A stretch of DNA of 64,000 bases from Octopus sinensis (GCF_006345805.1 NC_043026.1:8990001-9054000), one strand, 5' to 3'. Positions 39,036 through 54,822 are shown, counted from the first letter of the stretch. Notes: generated by a model from the letters alone, not told the origin. Numbers and translations: made by a program.

Positions 39036-39923
39036 ATCACCCACTACACTCTCGGAGTGGTTGGCGTTAGGAAGGGCATCCAGCTGTAGAAACACTGCCA
39101 CATCTGACTGGCCTGGTGCAGCCTTCGGGTTTCCCAGACCCCAGTTGAACCGTCCAACCCATGCTAGCATGGAAAGCGGACGTTAAACGATGATGATGAT
39201 GATGATGATCTGGCACGTAAAAAGCGCCCACTACACTCACGGAGAGGTTGGCGTTAGGAAAGGCATCCAGCCGTAGAAACTTTGCGAGATCAGACTGGGC
39301 CTGGTGCAGCCTTCTGGCTTCCCAGACCCCAGTTGAACCGTCCAACCCATGCTAGCATAGAAAACGGATGCTAAATGATGATGATGATGATGATAGTGTG
39401 AAATTTATGAAAGTGAAGTTTGAAATGTGGTTGAGATTATACTTTGCTTGATGAATAGGGGAATTATAGACCTCTTGTTTAAATGCCTACAAAAAGTACA
39501 TCAGCTAAGCAAATGGCCTTCCCTAAATGCATTGAAACCATTATAACAGAATCACTGTTTCAGGAAATTATCGTCGTTCAAAGACAACAAAATAATAATA
39601 ATAATAATAATTCGTTCGTTTATTGGCCACAAGGGCTAACAAAAATCAATTAAAACATAAAGGGACAAAACACAGGACGAAAGTTACAAACGGTTTTGTC
39701 CGTAACTATGTAGAAAACGAAAATGAAAAAAAAAAAAAAACTGCGCTAACGACCCGGGGGTGGGGGACTTTCGGAAAATTTACAAGATCCGATTTTTCCT
39801 TCATAAGTTAGGGTAAAATGGATTGCGAGGATGATCCGGTTCTTGACTGAAGAAGGCTTCCAATGACCCGTCCGTGTTTTTTGTATCGTCTATTTGGATG
39901 TTTTGCGTTCTTGTCCCATTTTG

Positions 39924-39975
<52 letters not shown>

Positions 39976-42497
39976 CTTTTGTTTTTTACGGAATCCCACT
40001 TTTTGCTTATGGAGGATCCGATTCTGAAAAAACTTTTTTTGAAAAATCGCATTTTCAAAATTTCATTTACCACCAGCCCCTTCACTTTTCACTTGAAAAA
40101 AAAAACAAAAAAACATATTTTTGCCCTTAAAAACGATGGGAGAAACCTTTTCGGTAACAAAAAAATAAAATATTGTAAATATTTTCAAAGGAAAAAGTGT
40201 GATTTAAGGGAGATTTGGCTGTTGTTTCTAGCACGTCCTAAGACAACCCTCCTCGTTTCACTTTCCCATCTTTTGAAGTTTTTCTCTTCATAAACACATT
40301 TATGATTTTTTTTCAACCCTATTCTTCGCCCCTGGTTGCTTCTGTTTACGATTTAAGATATCGGTGAGTCTGAGGCCGTTTCTGGCATTTATCCACAGTG
40401 AAAACACAAGAAACGTGGGAAAATGATGGAAAGTGTAGAAGGTAGCCTCCATAGCTAGAAATAGCAGCCAAATGTCGCACAAATCAAAGGACATCTGAGA
40501 CACGAAGTATTTAGAAATTAAATAGTTTAATACTTACGGAAATGTCTTTATAAAGGATGGTGTTGTTGTTAGAAGTGCGTCAGGTGGTTGAGAAATGTAT
40601 TATAAATGTGTTTGGGAGTGAATTGAGAGAAATTCCGACTGAAATCAAGTTTGTTAAAATGAAGGAATTTAGGCGGAAATACGCTTAGTGCGCATGCGTA
40701 TGAAAACTGGTTTTTCTTCTTTTTTTCTTTTGTTTTTTAAAGATTTTGGTAGAAAACCAGAAATTTCGGGGAGGGTCAAGTGTCAGTCGATTTCATGGAC
40801 CCGAGTAGTCAACTGGTATTTATTTTATTGAACCCCAGCAGAAAAAAAGTGAAAGGCAAAGTTTATGGATCTTTTCTGTTTGAACGGCAGTTTTTAACAT
40901 AATTTCTAGGTAACTAAAAAGTTTTAAACTTCGTATACTGGTAGAATGTGTTACATAAAACATATTTTCCTCTTGGCTTCATTGAGAAAATTGTGTATTG
41001 TGGTGAAAGAGTACAGCAGGGATCACCACCATCCCCTGCCGGAGCCTCGTGGAGCTTTTAGGTGTTTTCGCTCAATAAACACTCACAACGCCCGGTCTGG
41101 GAATCGAAACCGCAATCCTACGACCGCGAGTCCGCTGCCCTAACCACGAAGAGATCTTGAAGAAACTGTTGATGATATTTTATGTTGATTTTTTCCCCCC
41201 ATTTATTCGATATTCATTAATTTCACATCATTTGCAATTTTTCTCTGATTCTCTTTCATTTGAATTCGATACTTGAATAGCTTTTTGCATTTCTGATCTT
41301 TAAGATGTCGAAGGATAGATATTGATGTGTTTGAGTCTTTGTTTTCAAATGTAAGTCTGGATAATTTGAAGAGACAATTTCACCTTTTCTTGCCTCTGCC
41401 AAATTTCTCTTTCTACACACTCAAAGAGAACAATGATAATTTCCTGAAATAGTGATTCTGTTATAATGTTTTCAATGCATTCAGGGAAGGCCATTTGCTT
41501 AGCTGATAAACATTTTGTAATCATTCGTGAAATCTCCTCATGGGGCAAAATGAGTAATGACTATTTCCAATAATTTTTTCTCTTTATGGAGTTAAAGAGA
41601 AGAAATTGTGAGCTGTTAGGTTACTAGTCACAGACATACATTTTCTACAATATCCTCTGGCCTTGTGAATGGATTTGGGAGATGGAAACTGAAGGAAGCC
41701 CAATATATATATATGTGTGTGTGGGTGGGTGTGTTGTCCTCCCACCCCTTCAACACTTGACAAACAGTGTTGGTGTGTTTATGTCCCCATAAACTTGTGG
41801 TTTGGCAAAAGTGGCTGATAGAATAAGTGCTAAGCTGAAAAATTAAGTCCTAGCATTGATTCTATTGACTGAAGCCTTTAAAGTTGGTGCTCCAGCATGA
41901 CCACAGTCAAAACAACTGAAACCAGTAAAAAAGTGTATGTGTGTGTATTTATGAATGTGGAGCTGGAGTTTAGAAATATGTTAGCTTCAAACAGGATTTT
42001 GTGATGTAAATATTAATAAATTAGAAAGTTCTGTTGTTCAGTTAAATGTTTGTTTCTAGAGTTTATCATTATGGAAATGTTGAATCTGTATTTTTTTAAG
42101 TAGCCTCTCTATCTTACACTGTTGTTTCTTTATTATTTCAGAATATCAGATGACATTGGCATAACTGAAGATACATTCTCATTATTTATCAGCTTTTTAA
42201 AGACCAAAATGGAAATATTGTACAGAACAGATATATAAGATTGTTTCTATAAATCTGTGGTGGAATTCCTCTGATATATTTACTCTGAATTGTGTTATTA
42301 GCAAACCTTCTGGACATCACTGGCTGGAGTGTCTACAAGATGAGCCTGTTTGCAGATTGAACGTGGATAAATTTAGTTGTTTTGTGACAAAGGTAACAGT
42401 GGCCAGAAATACAAGAGTTGAAATATTTGTAAACAAAAGACTACAGAAGCAAAAAGAATAAAAAAAGAAGGTATATTGTGAAGTTGAAGGAAAAATA

Positions 42498-43502
42498 ATG
42501 GAAAAGAGTGAGAAAGTGAAGGAACATATTTTTCCAGAAGATAGCAAAAAGGAGAGACAAAAATTGTCACATGACTGTGATGTGTGTAAAAAGTCTTTCT
42601 CAAAAAAAGGTAACTTAAATAAGCACAAACGTATTCATACAGGAGAGAAGCCATTTCACTGTGATATCTGTGGTAAATCATTCTCTCAAAAAATTACCTT
42701 GACTACCCACAAACGTATTCATACAGGAGAGAAGCCATATCATTGTAGTGTCTGTGGTACAAGATTCTCTCACCAAAGTGTTTTAAATAATCACCAGCAT
42801 TGTCATACAGGAGAGAAGCCATTTCACTGTGAAATCTGTGGTAAATCATTCTCTCAAAGAAGTGCTTTAACTAATCACAAACGTATTCATACAGGAGAGA
42901 CACCATATTCCTGTAATATCTGTGGTAAATTATTTTCTGCTAAAAGTGCTCTAACTTATCATAAACGTATTCATACAGGAGAGTCACCATATCATTGTGA
43001 TATCTGTGGTAAATCATTCTCTCAAAGTTGCAGCTTAACTACTCACAAACGTTCCCATACAGGAGAGAAGCCATACCACTGTGATATCTGTGGTAAATCA
43101 TTCTCTGTGAGTTGTAACTTAACTGGACACAGACGTATTCATACAGGAGAAACACCATATTCTTGTGATATCTGTGGTAAATTATTCTCTCAAAAACTTT
43201 ATTTGACTTTACACAAACGTATTCATACAGGAGAGACACCATTTCACTGTGAAATCTGTGGTAAATCATTCTCTCAAAGTGGCCACCTAACTATTCATAA
43301 ACGTATTCATACAGGAGAAACACCATATTCTTGTGAAATCTGTGGTAAATCATTCTCTCAAAGTGGCACCTTAGCTTCTCACAAACGTATCCATACAGGA
43401 GAGAAGCTATATCCTTGTGATATCTGTGGAAGGTCATTTACTCAACATGGCAACTTAACTTCTCACAAACGTGTTCATAAGGGGAAGAAGCAATCCCACT
43501 AA
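42498..43502 (+). CDS. C2H2 zinc-finger protein, type B3, 334 aa, 11 fingers (10 aa differences from B1)
   Basis: Intact ORF. Confidence 0.93.
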   Translation: MEKSEKVKEHIFPEDSKKERQKLSHDCDVCKKSFSKKGNLNKHKRIHTGEKPFHCDICGKSFSQKITLTTHKRIHTGEKPYHCSVCGTRFSHQSVLNNHQHCHTGEKPFHCEICGKSFSQRSALTNHKRIHTGETPYSCNICGKLFSAKSALTYHKRIHTGESPYHCDICGKSFSQSCSLTTHKRSHTGEKPYHCDICGKSFSVSCNLTGHRRIHTGETPYSCDICGKLFSQKLYLTLHKRIHTGETPFHCEICGKSFSQSGHLTIHKRIHTGETPYSCEICGKSFSQSGTLASHKRIHTGEKLYPCDICGRSFTQHGNLTSHKRVHKGKKQSH

Positions 43503-46500
43503 TATTTGCGCTAAATCATAATCTCTAAGGGGTTACTGAAACCCTTTACCATGCAGGTTATTCTATCAAATGTGATGTTTATTTATTCACATTATTTTCA
43601 ATTTGCCATCCAAAGGTTTAGTAAAATTCTATGAATTAGAAAAAAGATATTTAATTTTAATTCTCAAATTTTTATCAATTTTTGCGTGATATTAAAGGGA
43701 CTCTACTCATATATGAACTTAGGCGCACACACACACACACACACACAAGAGATAAAAGACAATACAAAGAGTTTTGAAATTGAGTAAACAGGAGTAGTTG
43801 TGTGGTAAGTAGCTTGCTTACCTTTTTCGGAGACAGACGTGTTTGTTTTTGGCGGAGAGTTCTTGCTGCTTGATGTCACGTCTTTCGTCGTGAAATATTG
43901 AACTTTGAGGCTCGACTACAGGTAGGCGTTTGTCGTATTTTTTGACAGCTTAGTGGAGTTTGTTGCCCTGTATTTAATATTTTTTGGTGAGTAATAGACT
44001 CCACTCTGCTCCAGACATTTGCCTGCCTGTGGCCGCCTATAAAGACTCACTTTGCAGTGAGAATTGTGTTTTCGAGGAGGCGTAGCCCCCCCGCAAAAAT
44101 TATCTTCGTGTCTGTGGATTACCAAGGCAGGAAGGACTGTTTTTGCAAGGTGGACGTGAGTGTTTTGGCTCTGGCCAATTACAAGAAAAAAGAACAAAAA
44201 CAGAGAAGGTTGTCGAGGCCAGTGATTTTGTTTTATCTGAGCTGGGTGTAATTTGTTATATTGTTCTTTTTTGTTAACAAATTTCGCCTGCTCTCGGCGG
44301 CTGCTGTTTTGTGAATTTAGTGTGAATATTTTGGATTCATTAAAAAAAAAAAAAGCAGTGGAGGGACGTATCCTCGCCCGAATGATTAGAACCTGGTACA
44401 GTTACCGTTGGCTGTAGCCAGTATTTTGTTTGGATTTCTTTTACCAATTACGGGTAAAGACGATTCATACCAAGGAACCTATGTACATTTGGCCAGGAGA
44501 ACCTTTTCGGCCGAAAATTAATTTATTTCTTTGCCTGGATTTGAACTCTCTTCTTCAAAGCTTTCGTTTATTTAAAAAAATAAAAGAACTCTTTTTTGAA
44601 CTGTTATTTTTTATTTTATTTCTTCCCTTCTTTTTTGTGTTTTGTTTTATTTTCTTACATTTTGAACTGTAATTGAACTTTGTGTTGAAATGGCAAAGGA
44701 ATTTCTTGTGTTGGACTTGACACCTCCCCAAAAATGGTTAAAAGAGCTTGAAAGGAAGACGGTGGTGTTGAGGACTTACTCAAAGTCACTGACTGAAACA
44801 AGTAAAAGAGTAAAGAGTATATAATTGCCATTAGTGTTCTGATAAATAAAACAGAAGCCTGTGTATGAAACTGGTCTTTTTCCTACTTCAGTTATTTCAT
44901 TTTTCTCTTATAAAATACACACATACAGGAGGGGTAAACTATACATATAATAATACTCTGAATGGGGCTCTCAAGAAAGAATAAAAGCAATTACCCAATT
45001 AATGACAGGTATTACTACGAGTAGTATATAGACATATACACACACAAAGGAACCATCCAAACGTGGCTGCTGCCAGCGCAGCCCGTCTGTCCTCTGTGCA
45101 GGTTGCACGTAAAAAGCACCATCCAATTGTGGCCATTGCCAGCCTCGTCTGGCCTCCGTGCCGGTGGCACGTAAAAGCACCCACTACACTAACCGATTGG
45201 TTGGCATTAGGAAGGGCATCCAGCTGTAGAAACTTTGTCAGATCAGACTGGGCCTGGTGCAGCCTTCTGGTTTCCCAGACCCCAGTTGAACCGTCACAAA
45301 TTTTAATGAACTCTATTTGGAACAGTGGAAGTTGAAATTCTGTAGCATTGGTTGTGAGTCAACTGTGGCTGGTTCATCTTGATGTAGCTGTGTGTTGGTT
45401 ATGCATTCACTGGTCTATTCTGTCTGCCTGGAGTTACCGAAACAAAAGAATGACAAGAAGAACCATGAAAATTCAATGCAACTGTTATTTATTGCAACCC
45501 CTTATAAAAATACACGGCAAATGTCTTACATATTGTGAAGTAACAGGTTTGGCAAGTTTTAACAAACTCTATCTGGAACAGTGGGAGTTGTATCATAGTT
45601 GAAATTCTGTAGCATGTTCATGGTTTGGTTCTGTGTTTTGGGCAGCATCTTTTGTTGTGATCTGTCTGTTGCTGTAGAGGAAGTACAAGTTTACCAGGCC
45701 AGAGAGAGAGAGATCAGGAAAGGGTGTGCCGCCACAAAGGAGATACATGGTTACCCAGCCTGAGGGAAATGCAGGAGAAGGAGATAGAGGGTGGGAGACA
45801 ACACGATGGAGATACTGGCAAAATGATGGGCGTATTCAATAGGGAGGGGATCAGAATGTAAATGGGGATAGTTGAGTAAAGGAAGAGGGAGATATAGATG
45901 GTGGCAAGGGTTAGGCCATACTCTTGAGGTTCAAACGTCATAATATAAGGGACAGGATACTGCAAAGGCAACGAGCTGGCAGAAACGTTAGGCTCTGAGT
46001 TCAAATTCCGCCGAGGTCGACTTTGCCTTACATCATTTCGGGGTCGTTTAAATAAGTACCAGTTACACACTGGGGTCGATGTAATTGACTTAATCCGTTT
46101 GTTTGTTCCCTCTGTGTTTAGCCCCTTGTGGTTAGTAAAGAAATAGGTATTTCATCTGCCGCTATGTTCTGAGTTCAAATTCCGCCGAGGTTGACTTTGC
46201 CTTTCATCCTTTCGGGGTCGATAAATTAAGTACAAGTTACGCACTGGGGTCGATGTAATCGACTTAATCCCTTTGACCGTCCTTGTTTGTCCTCTCTGTG
46301 TTTAGCTTCTTGTGGGTAGTAAAGGAATAGGGTACTGCAAAGGAAGCATGATTAGAGTGTAGGGGGTGTTGAGTGATGACAACCTGGGTATTATATAGAG
46401 TCAGGGGGCTACCAGATAGCAATGGTACAGAGGAACAGCACCATGAGGGAAGGATTGGGGGAGTGAGAGGTAGGCATAGTGTATGGAAGGAATGTGAAGA

Positions 46501-47204
46501 AGAGATGTAGATTGGTTTGTTGGGGGTAGGGTGTGTAAAAAGTTTTCTTGTTACATGTGGGTGGAAGACATAGGTTGAGGGCAAGCCAGTAGCAATAATA
46601 CAGTAAGACAGGGAATGGGGGTGGAACATACAGGTCAGGACTAGCGGAGAGCAATGCTACAGTGAGACAGGGCAGGACTGTATTTAAAATATCCGATCGT
46701 GGCCGTTTGCCAGCCTCGTCTGGCACCTGTGCAGGTGACACGTAAAAAGCACCCACTAAACTCATGGAGTGGTTGGCATTAGGAAGGGCAACCAGCTGTA
46801 GAAACACTGCCAGATCAGACAAGAGCCTGGTGCAGCCTACAGGCTTCCCAGACCCCAGTTGAACCATCCAACCCATGCTAGCATGGAAAACGGACGTTAA
46901 ATGATGATGATGAAATATTTTCAATGGCAGTCAATAATGGCCCCTTATGGTCCTTGTGAGAAGTAAGAAGTGTTGGTACATCTAGTGTCCACTCTTTAGA
47001 ATTTAAACCAGCCATATCTGGCCCTTACACCTACCCTACAATGTCATTGTGAAAATACACAATCATATCATCAAAATTTGAAAGCTGTGGGTTAATGCAT
47101 GACAAATTGAAAATTATGTGAATAAATAACCCTCACATTCGACAGAATAATCTGCATGGTAAAGGGTTCAGTCACCCCTTACAGATTATGATTTAGCACA
47201 AATA

Positions 47205-47896
<692 letters not shown>

Positions 47897-50800
47897 GCCC
47901 AATGCTCGCACTTTAACCAGAACTCTACACCCCTCATGTTTGGTTTTGAGGTGATGGTCTAATGCCGTTCTCGCCGCCAAAACGTGAGATGCAGATCCCA
48001 ACCTCAACGCCTCCTCTAAGTTCTTAGCTAATTGCCCTGTCTAATCTTAGTTGCTTACTAAACCTAATGGACTCGAATCGAATGGCTCTTTTCAGGGCGA
48101 ACCACCACCGGTTATTAACCACGGCTCTGGTTAACGCCCTCTGTACTAACTCCTTAATCCGACTGTGGTATGCCTCACAAGTCAAAATAGACTTGTAGCC
48201 GGGTCCTATCTTTAGTGTGCTACCTATGTCCAGTCTACACTTGACCATTCTATGGTCAGTATAGGGCACCTGGACGAGCTGTGGACAACTAAAACTAGAC
48301 TTATCTCTAGTTCTTATCACTATCCTGTCTAGATAAGACTTGAAGCTTCCGTCACCACTCATCCAGGTCTACTCTGGGACGTTCAGATGGTCAAGTCTGT
48401 AACGATCTGCCAGCTGAAACCGCTTAAGCAGATCCACGAGACGTGAGTTCACTTTCCTATAGATCGAGCCAACACTATCAATGTGTATGTCAACGATAGC
48501 ATTAAAGTCCCCTAATACTACTAAAGTCTTCGACGTCACGATAAAATTCAGTTTGGAAGCCTCTAGCACAAGGTGCATAGAGTCCGATCAACCTGAAGGC
48601 CTTACTGCTGTATGTCACATCAAGGACGACCAGCCCACCTTCAGGGTCCACATAGACTGTACTTGTCTGCAGAGCTAAGCCTTTACGGATCAGTACCACA
48701 ACTTCCCCTCGCCCTCCGGTCTGGCCAGGAGACATGATTTTCTCGTAGCCATTCAGGAGAGGCGAGAAGGTTTGTAGACTGTCCAGCTTGGTCTCTGTAG
48801 CAACCATCACATGCATATCATGTGATCTGAGATCGTCGAGGAAACACGCCTGCTTCCACTTTGAACTCAGACCACGCACATTAAACAACCAAGGTTAAGA
48901 GACGCCATTACAAAAAGTAAAAGCTCTACTTAGATTTCTTTGGAGATTTGGGGGCTGACCTCACCACACGTGGATCCGTCCCCTTCTTCTTGTCTCTCTT
49001 CACATAGTTTGGCAAGTCCACAATTTTCCTGTCCCTTAATTCTCGGTATAGGGATTCGTCTAACATTGCACATCTGTTCTTCCATTCTTGGAGTAGGGGG
49101 TACAATATAGTCTTTTTATGCTGTACAATGATGTCATTAGTGTACGTGTCCGTTGTATCATATTCTATTAAAATTAAATTTTGGTTTTCTTCCGGGACAG
49201 TAGGGCAGGGTTTCTTTTTCGTTGTCTGTGGTGTGTTTTTTCTGTTTTGTGTGCGGGATGTGGGTGGGGAAGGTCTACGAGAACGTTTTTTTCCCACTGG
49301 TGTAAATCCACCCTCTGAAACCTCCATGTTATTATCTGAGGGGTGGGTGACAATTTCTTCCGACACAGTGTTTTCTGTTGGTGCCGCATCTTCCAAGGGG
49401 GTTGGGTAATTTTATTTTTGTAGGGACTTGTGCGTGCCGGGGCTGGGTTTTTCTATACTTTGTTTGGAGACTAGCACCTCAACAACGGGGTTGGGAGTTT
49501 TTGTTTGTGGGGGTTGGTGTGTTTGCGGGGGCTGGGTTTTTTGGGTTATTTGAGGGGCCTGGTGTTTGCGACTTTTTTTTTTCTTCACAATCAGCTCGAA
49601 TGTGGCCCTTTTTTCCGCATTGGTAACAGGTTGGCTTACGGCCTTCCACCTGTATCCTAAGGGCCACATTCTCGTCAACGAGCACTCTCTCTGGTAGGAC
49701 CTGAATGTCCTCCTATTTCCCTTGTATTAAAACAGAGATGTTCCGCCCTAACCAATTCTGTGGGACGGAACTAGTAGATTGTAGTATGTTTATACGGTCC
49801 ATCCTATTAAACAGCAGGGCAGCCACCACTTCTTTACGGTCTATTGTAGGTGGGACTTTGTTGATTCTTACACGGGATGTTCTTCGTCCCATATAAGTTG
49901 GCAGAAGTACCACTTCTTTGGTCTTCAGGGGACACACGGAATGCCCGCGAGCCACCTCTTCCTCTGAGAATTGGACCTCAACAGAACTGTATGCCTGTCC
50001 CCTCGAGATATACACTATATCCGTCCATATCGGGGCCAGGTATTTTTCTATAGTTTCTTTTACGAAGTGTTTAAACCTTTTCTCTTGTCAGCAGAAGGTT
50101 TTATACACCACGGCCCTCTTCTCTGTTTCTAACATGGTGGAGGAGCGTGATATCACATCACCTCCCTCTTCCTTCATCCTTTTAAAATATCCCTGCAACA
50201 TGTCTGCAGATATATCAATATTTTTGGTGCCACTGCGGCAACTGCTGAAAATTCTTTCACAGTGTAGGCGCAATTGCCAACATCAACATTGCTCTCTACA
50301 AGAGCAGATTTTTCATGTATTATTTCAACTGACATGGTTGAAGAGAAATTGGTTTCCCACAAGACTGGGAGACCTTTAGAAAGAATTTTCCTCTCACAGA
50401 GAACAAAAATAAATAATTTTTATATCCGCAGTCCAAAGTTCAAATCCCACCACCGCTGGGATTCGAAATTCATTTTTCACACAACAACGAAATCCCCAAA
50501 AGGGAAACCTATATTTTATTTTTCTCACAGCGACGACAACAGTTCAAATCTCGCCCGTGCTACGGGCGGATGCCACATTAGAGCCTACAATGGCTAAAAT
50601 TTTTTTTTTCCTTCACAACAACAATTTGCTTATCCCAAAAATGGGAAGCCTATAATATTTTTTTCCCTTTTAATAAGGATAACAGTTCAAATGCCACCCC
50701 CGCGGGAGGTGGGGGCGACAATAAAACATACAACGGCTTTAACAAGCTCAATATCAACAATATTAATAAATTCAATATTAATGACTTCAATGTTTCAATA

Positions 50801-50945
50801 ATTACTTTTTCCCGTCACCGGGAACAAAGCACAAAAATTCACAAAGTTCACGAAAATATTTAACAATAAACGTTCAACAGCAGAAAAATTATCCACGTGC
50901 GATAACACGTGTGACTCACCGCCAAAAAAACACGTCCGACTTCGA
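47897..50945 (-). mobile_element. Tx1/L1-like LINE family B: intact 5' end, ORF1 (CCHC knuckle), APE endonuclease of ORF2; 3' part deleted
   Basis: ORF1 fragments ETEKRAVVYKTF, YISRGQAYSS and CYQCGKKGHIRADC. APE motifs NVRGL, ATETKL, GDFNA. The 5' end abuts the SINE head 50946-50976. Confidence 0.85.
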
Positions 50946-51156
50946 CTACTTACCACACAGCCACTCCTGCGCCTACATATATATATATATATATATGATG
51001 GGCTTCTTTCAGTTCCCGTCTACCTAATCCACTCACAAGGCTTTGGTCGGCCCGAGGCTATAGTAGAAGACACTTGCCTAAGATGCCACGCAGTGGGACT
51101 GAACCCGGAACCATGTGGTTGGTAAGCAAGTTACTTACCACACAGCCACTCCTGCA

Positions 51157-51200
<44 letters not shown>

Positions 51201-51768
51201 CATATATATATACGACAGGCTTCTTTTAGTTTCCGTCTACCAAATCCACTCACAAAGCTGTGGTCGGCTTGAGGCTATAGTAGAAGACACTTGCCTAAGG
51301 TGCCACGCAGTGGGACTGAACCCGGAACCATGTGGTTGGTAAGCAAGCTACATACCAATGTTATTTCCTGTTTACTCAATTTGAAAACTCTTTGTATTGT
51401 CTTTTATCTCTTGTCTGTGTGTGTGTGTGCGCCTAAGTTCATATATGAGTAGAGTCCCTTTAATATCACGCAAAAGTTGATAAAAATTTGAGAATTAAAA
51501 TTAAATATCTTTTTCCTAATTCATAGAATTTTACTAAACTTTTATCAATACATCCCTTTAACATAGCACATAGCCAGACTCAGCCTCTTGCACCTACCAT
51601 ACGATGCCATTCTGAAAATACACAACCACATCATCAAAACTTGAAAACTGTGAGTTAATGGATGACAAATTGAAAATAATGTGAATAAATAAACATCACA
51701 TTCGACAGAATAACCTGCATGGTAAAGGGTTTCAGTAACCCCTTAGAGATTATGATTTTGCGCAAATA

Positions 51769-53109
51769 TTAGTGGGATTGCTTCTTCCCCTGATGAACAT
51801 GTTTGTGAGAAGCTAAGTTGCCACTTTGAGAGAATGATTTACCACAGATTTCACAGTGAAATGGTGTCTCTCCTGTATGAATACGTTTGTGTAAAGTCAA
51901 ATGAATTTTTTGAGAGAATGATTTACCACAGATATCACAAGAATATGGTGTTTCTCCTGTATGAATACGTCTGTGTCCAGTTAAGTTACAACTCATGGTG
52001 AATGATTTACCACAGATATCACAGTGGTATGGCTTCTCTCCTGTATGAATACGTTTGTGAGCAGCTAAGTTGCCACTTTGAGAGAATGATTTACCACAGA
52101 TATCACAGTGAAATGGTGTCTCTCCTGTATGAATACTTTTGTGTAAAGTCAAATACTGTTTTTGAGAGAATGATTTACCACAGATATCACAAGAATATGG
52201 TGTCTCTCCTGTATGAATACGTCTGTGTCCAGTTAAGTTAGAACTCATGGTGAATGATTTACCACAGATATCACAAGAATATGGTGTCTCTCCTGTATGA
52301 ATACGTTTGTGTAAAGTCAAATACTTTTTTTGAGAGAATAATTTACCACAGATATCACAAGAATATGGTGTTTCTCCTGTATGAATACGTCTGTGTCCAG
52401 TTAAGTCAGAACTCCCGGAGAATGATTTACCACAGATATCACAGTGGTATGGCTTCTCTCCTGTATGGGAACGTTTGTGAGTAGTTAAGTTGCAACTTTG
52501 AGAGAATGATTTACCACAGATATCACAAGGATATGGTGACTCTCCTGTATGAATACGTTTATGAGTAGTTAGGTTCCTTCTATCAGAGAAAGATTTGTTA
52601 CAGATATTACAGGAATATGGCTTCTCTCCAGTATGAATACGTTCGTGATTAGTTAAAGCACTTCTTTGAGTGAATGATTTACCACAGATTTCACAGTGAA
52701 ATGGCTTCTCTCCTGTATGAAAATGCTGGTGATAATTTAAAACACTTTGGTGAGAGAAACTTGTACCACAGACACTACAATGATATGGCTTCTCTCCTGT
52801 ATGAATACGTTTGTGGGTAGTCAAGGTAATTTTTTGAGAGAATGATTTACCACAGATATCACAGTGGTATGGCTTCTCTCCTGTATGGGAACGTTTGTGA
52901 GCAGTTAAGTTGCAACTTTGAGAGAATGATTTACCACAGATATCACAATAATACGGTGTCTCTCCTGTATGAATACGTTTGTGCTTATTTAAGTTACCTT
53001 TTTTTGAGAAAGACTTTTTACACACATCACAGTCATGTGACAATTTTTGTCTCTCCTTTTTGCTATCTTCTGGAAAAATATGTTCCTTCACTTTCTCACT
53101 CTTTCCCAT
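51769..53109 (-). CDS. C2H2 zinc-finger protein, B-type coding region under A-type upstream DNA, 446 aa, 15 fingers
   Basis: Intact ORF with the B leader [24 protein letters not shown] and a B-type 3' flank. Confidence 0.92.
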   Translation of the reverse strand: MGKSEKVKEHIFPEDSKKERQKLSHDCDVCKKSFSKKGNLNKHKRIHTGETPYYCDICGKSFSQSCNLTAHKRSHTGEKPYHCDICGKSFSQKITLTTHKRIHTGEKPYHCSVCGTSFSHQSVLNYHQHFHTGEKPFHCEICGKSFTQRSALTNHERIHTGEKPYSCNICNKSFSDRRNLTTHKRIHTGESPYPCDICGKSFSQSCNLTTHKRSHTGEKPYHCDICGKSFSGSSDLTGHRRIHTGETPYSCDICGKLFSQKKYLTLHKRIHTGETPYSCDICGKSFTMSSNLTGHRRIHTGETPYSCDICGKSFSQKQYLTLHKSIHTGETPFHCDICGKSFSQSGNLAAHKRIHTGEKPYHCDICGKSFTMSCNLTGHRRIHTGETPYSCDICGKSFSQKIHLTLHKRIHTGETPFHCEICGKSFSQSGNLASHKHVHQGKKQSH

Positions 53110-53681
53110 TATTTTTCCTTCAACTTCACAATATACCTTCTTTTTTTATTCTTTTTGCTTCTATAGTCTTTTGTTTACAAATATTTTAACTGTTATATTT
53201 CTGGCCACTGTTACCTTTGTCACAAAACAACTAAATTTATCCACGTTCAATCTGCAAACAGACTCATCTTGTAGACACTCCAGCCAATGATGTCCAGAAG
53301 GTTTGCTAATAACACAATTCAGAGTAAATATATCAGAGGAATTCCACCACAGATTCATAGAAACAATCTTATATATCTGTTCAGTAAAATATTTTCATTC
53401 TGGTCTTTAAAAGATGATAAATAATGAGAATGTATCTTCAGTTATGCCAATGTCATCTGATATTCTGAAATAATAAAGAAACAACAGTGTAAGATATAGA
53501 GGCTACTTAAAAAAATACAGATTCAACATTTCCATAAAGATAAACTCTAGAAACAAACATTTAACTGAGCAACAGAACTTTCTAATTTATTAATATTTAC
53601 ATCAGAAAATCTTGTGTGAAGTTAACATATTTCTAAATTCCAGTTACACATTCTTACAGCACAACATTCATATGGGTGTGC

Positions 53682-53723
<42 letters not shown>

Positions 53724-53728
<5 letters not shown>

Positions 53729-54047
53729 TACAAAATGGAATTAACGCAGGTTTCAACAAGTATTTTTACTTTCTACATATGTTTCGAAAATTCCACTGAT
53801 ACTATTCAAAAGAGAATAGTATGTTGAATCTGTATTATATGTAGAAAGTAAAAATACTTGTTTAAACCTGCGTTAACTCCATTTTTTATTCATATTATTC
53901 AAAATATTCAACGTAAACACAAAGTTTCAACCTTTATAAACAAGGAGTTACAACATCTTTACTTGTGAGATTTTTGCTGCCCTGGTAACTATATATTTAT
54001 TTTTCCGTGTTAATTGTTAACAAGGTAAAATACACTCATCTATTCTT
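53724..54047. mobile_element. Short inverted-dimer insertion in (TA)n, probably Penelope-like terminal sequence
   Basis: Arms 53724-53780 and 53837-53893 are inverted. The minus strand has GAAACATATGTA (hammerhead 3' half). Absent from paralogous TA tracts. Confidence 0.55.
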
Positions 54048-54822
54048 ATATATATATATATATATATATCACATAAAAAGCACCATCCGATCTTGGCCGT
54101 TTGCCAGCCTCGTCTGGCACGTAAAAAGCACCCACTACACTCACGGAGTGGTTGGCATTAGGAAGGGCATCCAGCTGTAGAAACACTGCCAGATCTGACT
54201 GGCCTGGTGCAGCCTTCTGGCTTCCCAGGCCCCAGTTGAACCGTCCAACCCATGCTAGCATGGAAAACGGATGCTAAACGATGATGATGATGATATTGTG
54301 AAATTTATGAAAGTGAAGTTTGAAATGTGGTTGAGTTTTTACTTTGCTTGATGAATAGGGGACTTATAGACCTCTTGTTTAAATGCCTACAAAAAGTACA
54401 TCAGCTAAGCAAATGGCCTTCCCTAAATGCATTGAAACCATTATAACAGAATCACTGTTTCAGGAAATTATCGTCGTTCAAAGACAACAAAATAATAATA
54501 ATAATAATAATTCGTTCGTTTATTGGCCACAAGGGCTAACAAAAATCAATTAAAACATAAAGGGACAAAACACAGGACGAAAGTTACAAAGGGTTTTGTC
54601 CGTAACTATGAAGAAAACGAATATGAAAAAAAAAAAAATTGCGCTAACGACCCGGGGGGTGGGGGACTTTCGGAAAATTTACAAGATCCGATTTTTCCGT
54701 CATAAGTTAGGGTAAAATGGATTGCGAGGATGATCCGGTTCTTGACTGAAGAAGGCTTCCAATGACCCGTCCGTGTTTTTTGTATCGTCTATTTGGATGT
54801 TTTGCGTTCTTGTCCCATTTTG

